Shown in pieces: positions 5,084-6,865 of a DNA stretch of 6,865 bases (the stretch's first letter is position 1; the number at the start of each line of letters is the position of its first letter). Origin of the DNA: Promethearchaeota archaeon (lineage in GTDB: Archaea; Asgardarchaeota; Odinarchaeia; Odinarchaeales; JBHLKK01); NCBI GenBank assembly GCA_048939465.1, contig JBHLPL010000105.1:1-6865 (forward strand), given 5' to 3'. The notes beneath the pieces were generated by a model. The model had not been told where the DNA came from. It made no database searches and was given only the letters and a program-made list of their open reading frames with translations. A program made the position numbers and the translations under genes.

Positions 5084-6391
5084 CTAAGGGAAGAGGACCT
5101 CTCTTCTTCTCAATAGCCATATTGCAACTGCAGCCACAGCGACCACAAGGGCTGCTGCAGTCACTGTCAGTACGATGGGGAATCCCTGTGAGGCAAACTG
5201 CACCACAGGCTCGGTGCTCCTGATATAAAGAATGTTATTGAACCCACTTACATAGTAGACGATATGGACGTAATTCCATTCATTGATAACTATATTTGGT
5301 CGATTATCATTCTGGCTATTACGAGTTATATTACTAGGTTCTTGCCAACTACCCAGTCGATTGCTTGTATAGTATATTTCATTTTCAAGATCAAAAGCAT
5401 CTAACTGACAGTAGACTACGTGAATATTGCCTGCTCCATCTGCTGCTATCGATGCGGAATAAGTGATCTCTTGAGAGGAGCTTATTTTCACCGGCCCTCC
5501 CCAGCTTCCATTAATTCTGCCAACATAGAACACATCGAATTCATAGCTATCAACATCGAATTGTATATATGACATGTGAACATTGTCTTCTTTGTCCAAT
5601 GCCACACAGGGTTTAATGTCATACAAATCATTCTTGGTAACATTTTCTGTTAGCCATTCGCCTTCAATGTCGTCTGCATAGAATATCTCCTTGTCCTGGA
5701 ATGGGCTATCGTCTCTACCCTCCCAAACAATGTGAACATTATCTTTGGAATCCAAAGCGAGCGAGGGGTAATCAGAAGAGGATCCGCTTTGCGAGAGATT
5801 GAGAGGTAAGCTCCAAGAGCCACCCACATTATTGGTGTAGAGTATTCTATGGTCACTTCTCCATACAATGTGAACATAACCCTGACTATCGACTTCTATT
5901 GCAGGTAATGTGTCTTCATTATCATTCTTAGAAATATTCTCAGGCGTACTCCATCCGCTCGCCGTCTTATTAACATAGAAAATCTCCATATCAAAGGGGT
6001 CGAAACGAGCGTAGGCAACATGAATGTTATCCTGGTGATCCACCACAATTGTGGCACAACTGTCGAGGATGCCATTCCATGTTAAATTGTAGGGAACACT
6101 CCAAGCACCGCTAATATTATTCATATAAAATATATCAAAATCCCTACCACGCAAGAAGCCGTGAAACGCCATATGTAAGTTTCCCTGAGGATCTAAGGCC
6201 AGCCCCCTGTCTACCTCCGAAGTGAATCCGTATATATTTGACCTAGAGATGTTTATTGGTGTCGTCCACGACAGAACGGGATTCCCTACAGAAAACAGGG
6301 GTTGAGCCTGAGCCCATGTTGAAGGTAGCATACTTGCTAATACTGCAAGAGCTAAGACCTTTCCAATGACGAGAGGCTTTAGTCTGCTCAG
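5084..6391 (-). CDS. Secreted, C-terminally membrane-anchored 7-repeat beta-propeller surface protein (BNR/sialidase-like fold), 435 aa from a CTG start (415 aa from ATG 6331)
   Basis: Seven ~50-aa repeats with a 'hhh-D-x-x-[GD]-N-h-H-h-h-[WYF]' core. The open frame extends upstream of ATG 6331 to give a full signal peptide (SRLKPLVIGKVLALAVLASMLPSTWAQA|Q), with CTG at 6391 4 nt after GGTGAG. The C-terminal TM is followed by RRR. Gene confidence is high and start-site confidence is moderate. Confidence 0.9.
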   Translation of the reverse strand: MSRLKPLVIGKVLALAVLASMLPSTWAQAQPLFSVGNPVLSWTTPINISRSNIYGFTSEVDRGLALDPQGNLHMAFHGFLRGRDFDIFYMNNISGAWSVPYNLTWNGILDSCATIVVDHQDNIHVAYARFDPFDMEIFYVNKTASGWSTPENISKNDNEDTLPAIEVDSQGYVHIVWRSDHRILYTNNVGGSWSLPLNLSQSGSSSDYPSLALDSKDNVHIVWEGRDDSPFQDKEIFYADDIEGEWLTENVTKNDLYDIKPCVALDKEDNVHMSYIQFDVDSYEFDVFYVGRINGSWGGPVKISSSQEITYSASIAADGAGNIHVVYCQLDAFDLENEIYYTSNRLGSWQEPSNITRNSQNDNRPNIVINEWNYVHIVYYVSGFNNILYIRSTEPVVQFASQGFPIVLTVTAAALVVAVAAVAIWLLRRREVLFP

Positions 6392-6394
6392 ATG

Positions 6395-6400
6395 CTCACC
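6395..6400 (-). promoter_or_regulatory. SD motif GGTGAG upstream of the CTG at 6391
   Basis: The minus strand reads GAAGGTGAGCATCTGAGCAGA. It is the same GGTGA core as the SD at 1741-1735. Confidence 0.6.
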
Positions 6401-6570
6401 TTCTCATGGTTCTTAGCGACCTGAAATTTACCCATAACGAATATGAATAGATGCGCTCCAAGAGCTTTAAGATGAATGTTATGCGGTCAGAATCATAAAA
6501 GATTATTGGAGAAATCAGGATAAAACTCACGAATCCTGTAATACGCGAGAACCTGACATTCAAAAATGTA

Positions 6571-6669
6571 TCAGGAGTTAATACTCTTGCGGCAGATGGA
6601 ACAACAACGCAAAAGGTAGCGTTTAATAGCTAAACTCAATCTTGGGCAGAAAGCATCGGGGACTTTCAT
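6571..6669 (-). CDS. Candidate small Cys-rich peptide, 32 aa (MKVPDAFCPRLSLAIKRYLLRCCSICRKSINS)
   Basis: Strong SD GGGAGGAG (6682-6675) with a 5-nt spacer before the ATG at 6669. Four Cys including CxxC. Too short to support by composition alone. Confidence 0.3.
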   Translation of the reverse strand: MKVPDAFCPRLSLAIKRYLLRCCSICRKSINS

Positions 6670-6865
6670 TTAAGCTCCTCCCTTTCATAATGCCGAAATC
6701 ACGCAGAAGTGGAGGCGTATCGGAACCTAATGTCAAGTGATTATCTGATTTCATCAAGAATACAGAGGATTTGGTTTCTCCCACTTCCTCATCCATGGAT
6801 GGATTTCACGGTTTTTGACCGCAAGTTTTAAATCTTCCATGAAACTGTACTAAAAACTATGCCAT

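Noticed and set aside
1112-5086. Genome-wide amber recoding (four of six genes end in TAG)
   Set aside because: No long ORF is interrupted by TAG. After the TAGs at 3845 and 1248 the frames close within 1 and 7 codons, and terminator-like tracts follow the stop at 1114.
3954-5877. Short ORFs 3954-4139(+), 4002-4286(-), 4653-4838(+), 5041-5223(+), 5650-5877(-)
   Set aside because: All overlap strongly supported CDSs, either antisense or out of frame, and lack independent initiation signals.
6754-6865. 28-aa ORF MEDLKLAVKNREIHPWMRKWEKPNPLYS (6840-6754) and a possible gene tail GIVFSTVSWKI* (to 6828)
   Set aside because: Both are too short and truncated by the window edge, with no supporting signals visible.
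1-6865. CRISPR array, tRNA/rRNA, IS element or prophage
   Set aside because: No repeat-spacer periodicity, no cloverleaf or rRNA signatures, and no transposase, integrase or virion-protein motifs in any listed ORF.

Overview
Archaeal-looking, non-core genomic window. BRE/TATA-like promoters, GGTGA/GGAGG-type SD motifs, an ATGA-coupled gene pair and oligo-pyrimidine terminators all point to Archaea. Asgard or Bathyarchaeia would fit, but that is inference only. There are six well-supported CDSs, arranged + - - + - -: a soluble 187-aa hypothetical protein, a coupled pair of polytopic membrane proteins, a 4-TM protein built from an internal two-fold repeat, a YciC/DUF7544-like membrane protein with a C-terminal zinc ribbon, and a secreted, C-terminally anchored 7-repeat beta-propeller that probably starts at a CTG. 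Five of the six are envelope proteins with no gene symbol I can assign. I see no tRNA, rRNA, CRISPR array, transposase or integrase, and I cannot claim a defined new system. The best leads are the symmetric His/acidic membrane repeat, the CTG start with its upstream small-ORF/frameshift arrangement, the propeller's in-register sequons, and several operator-like palindromes and tandem duplications in the spacers.
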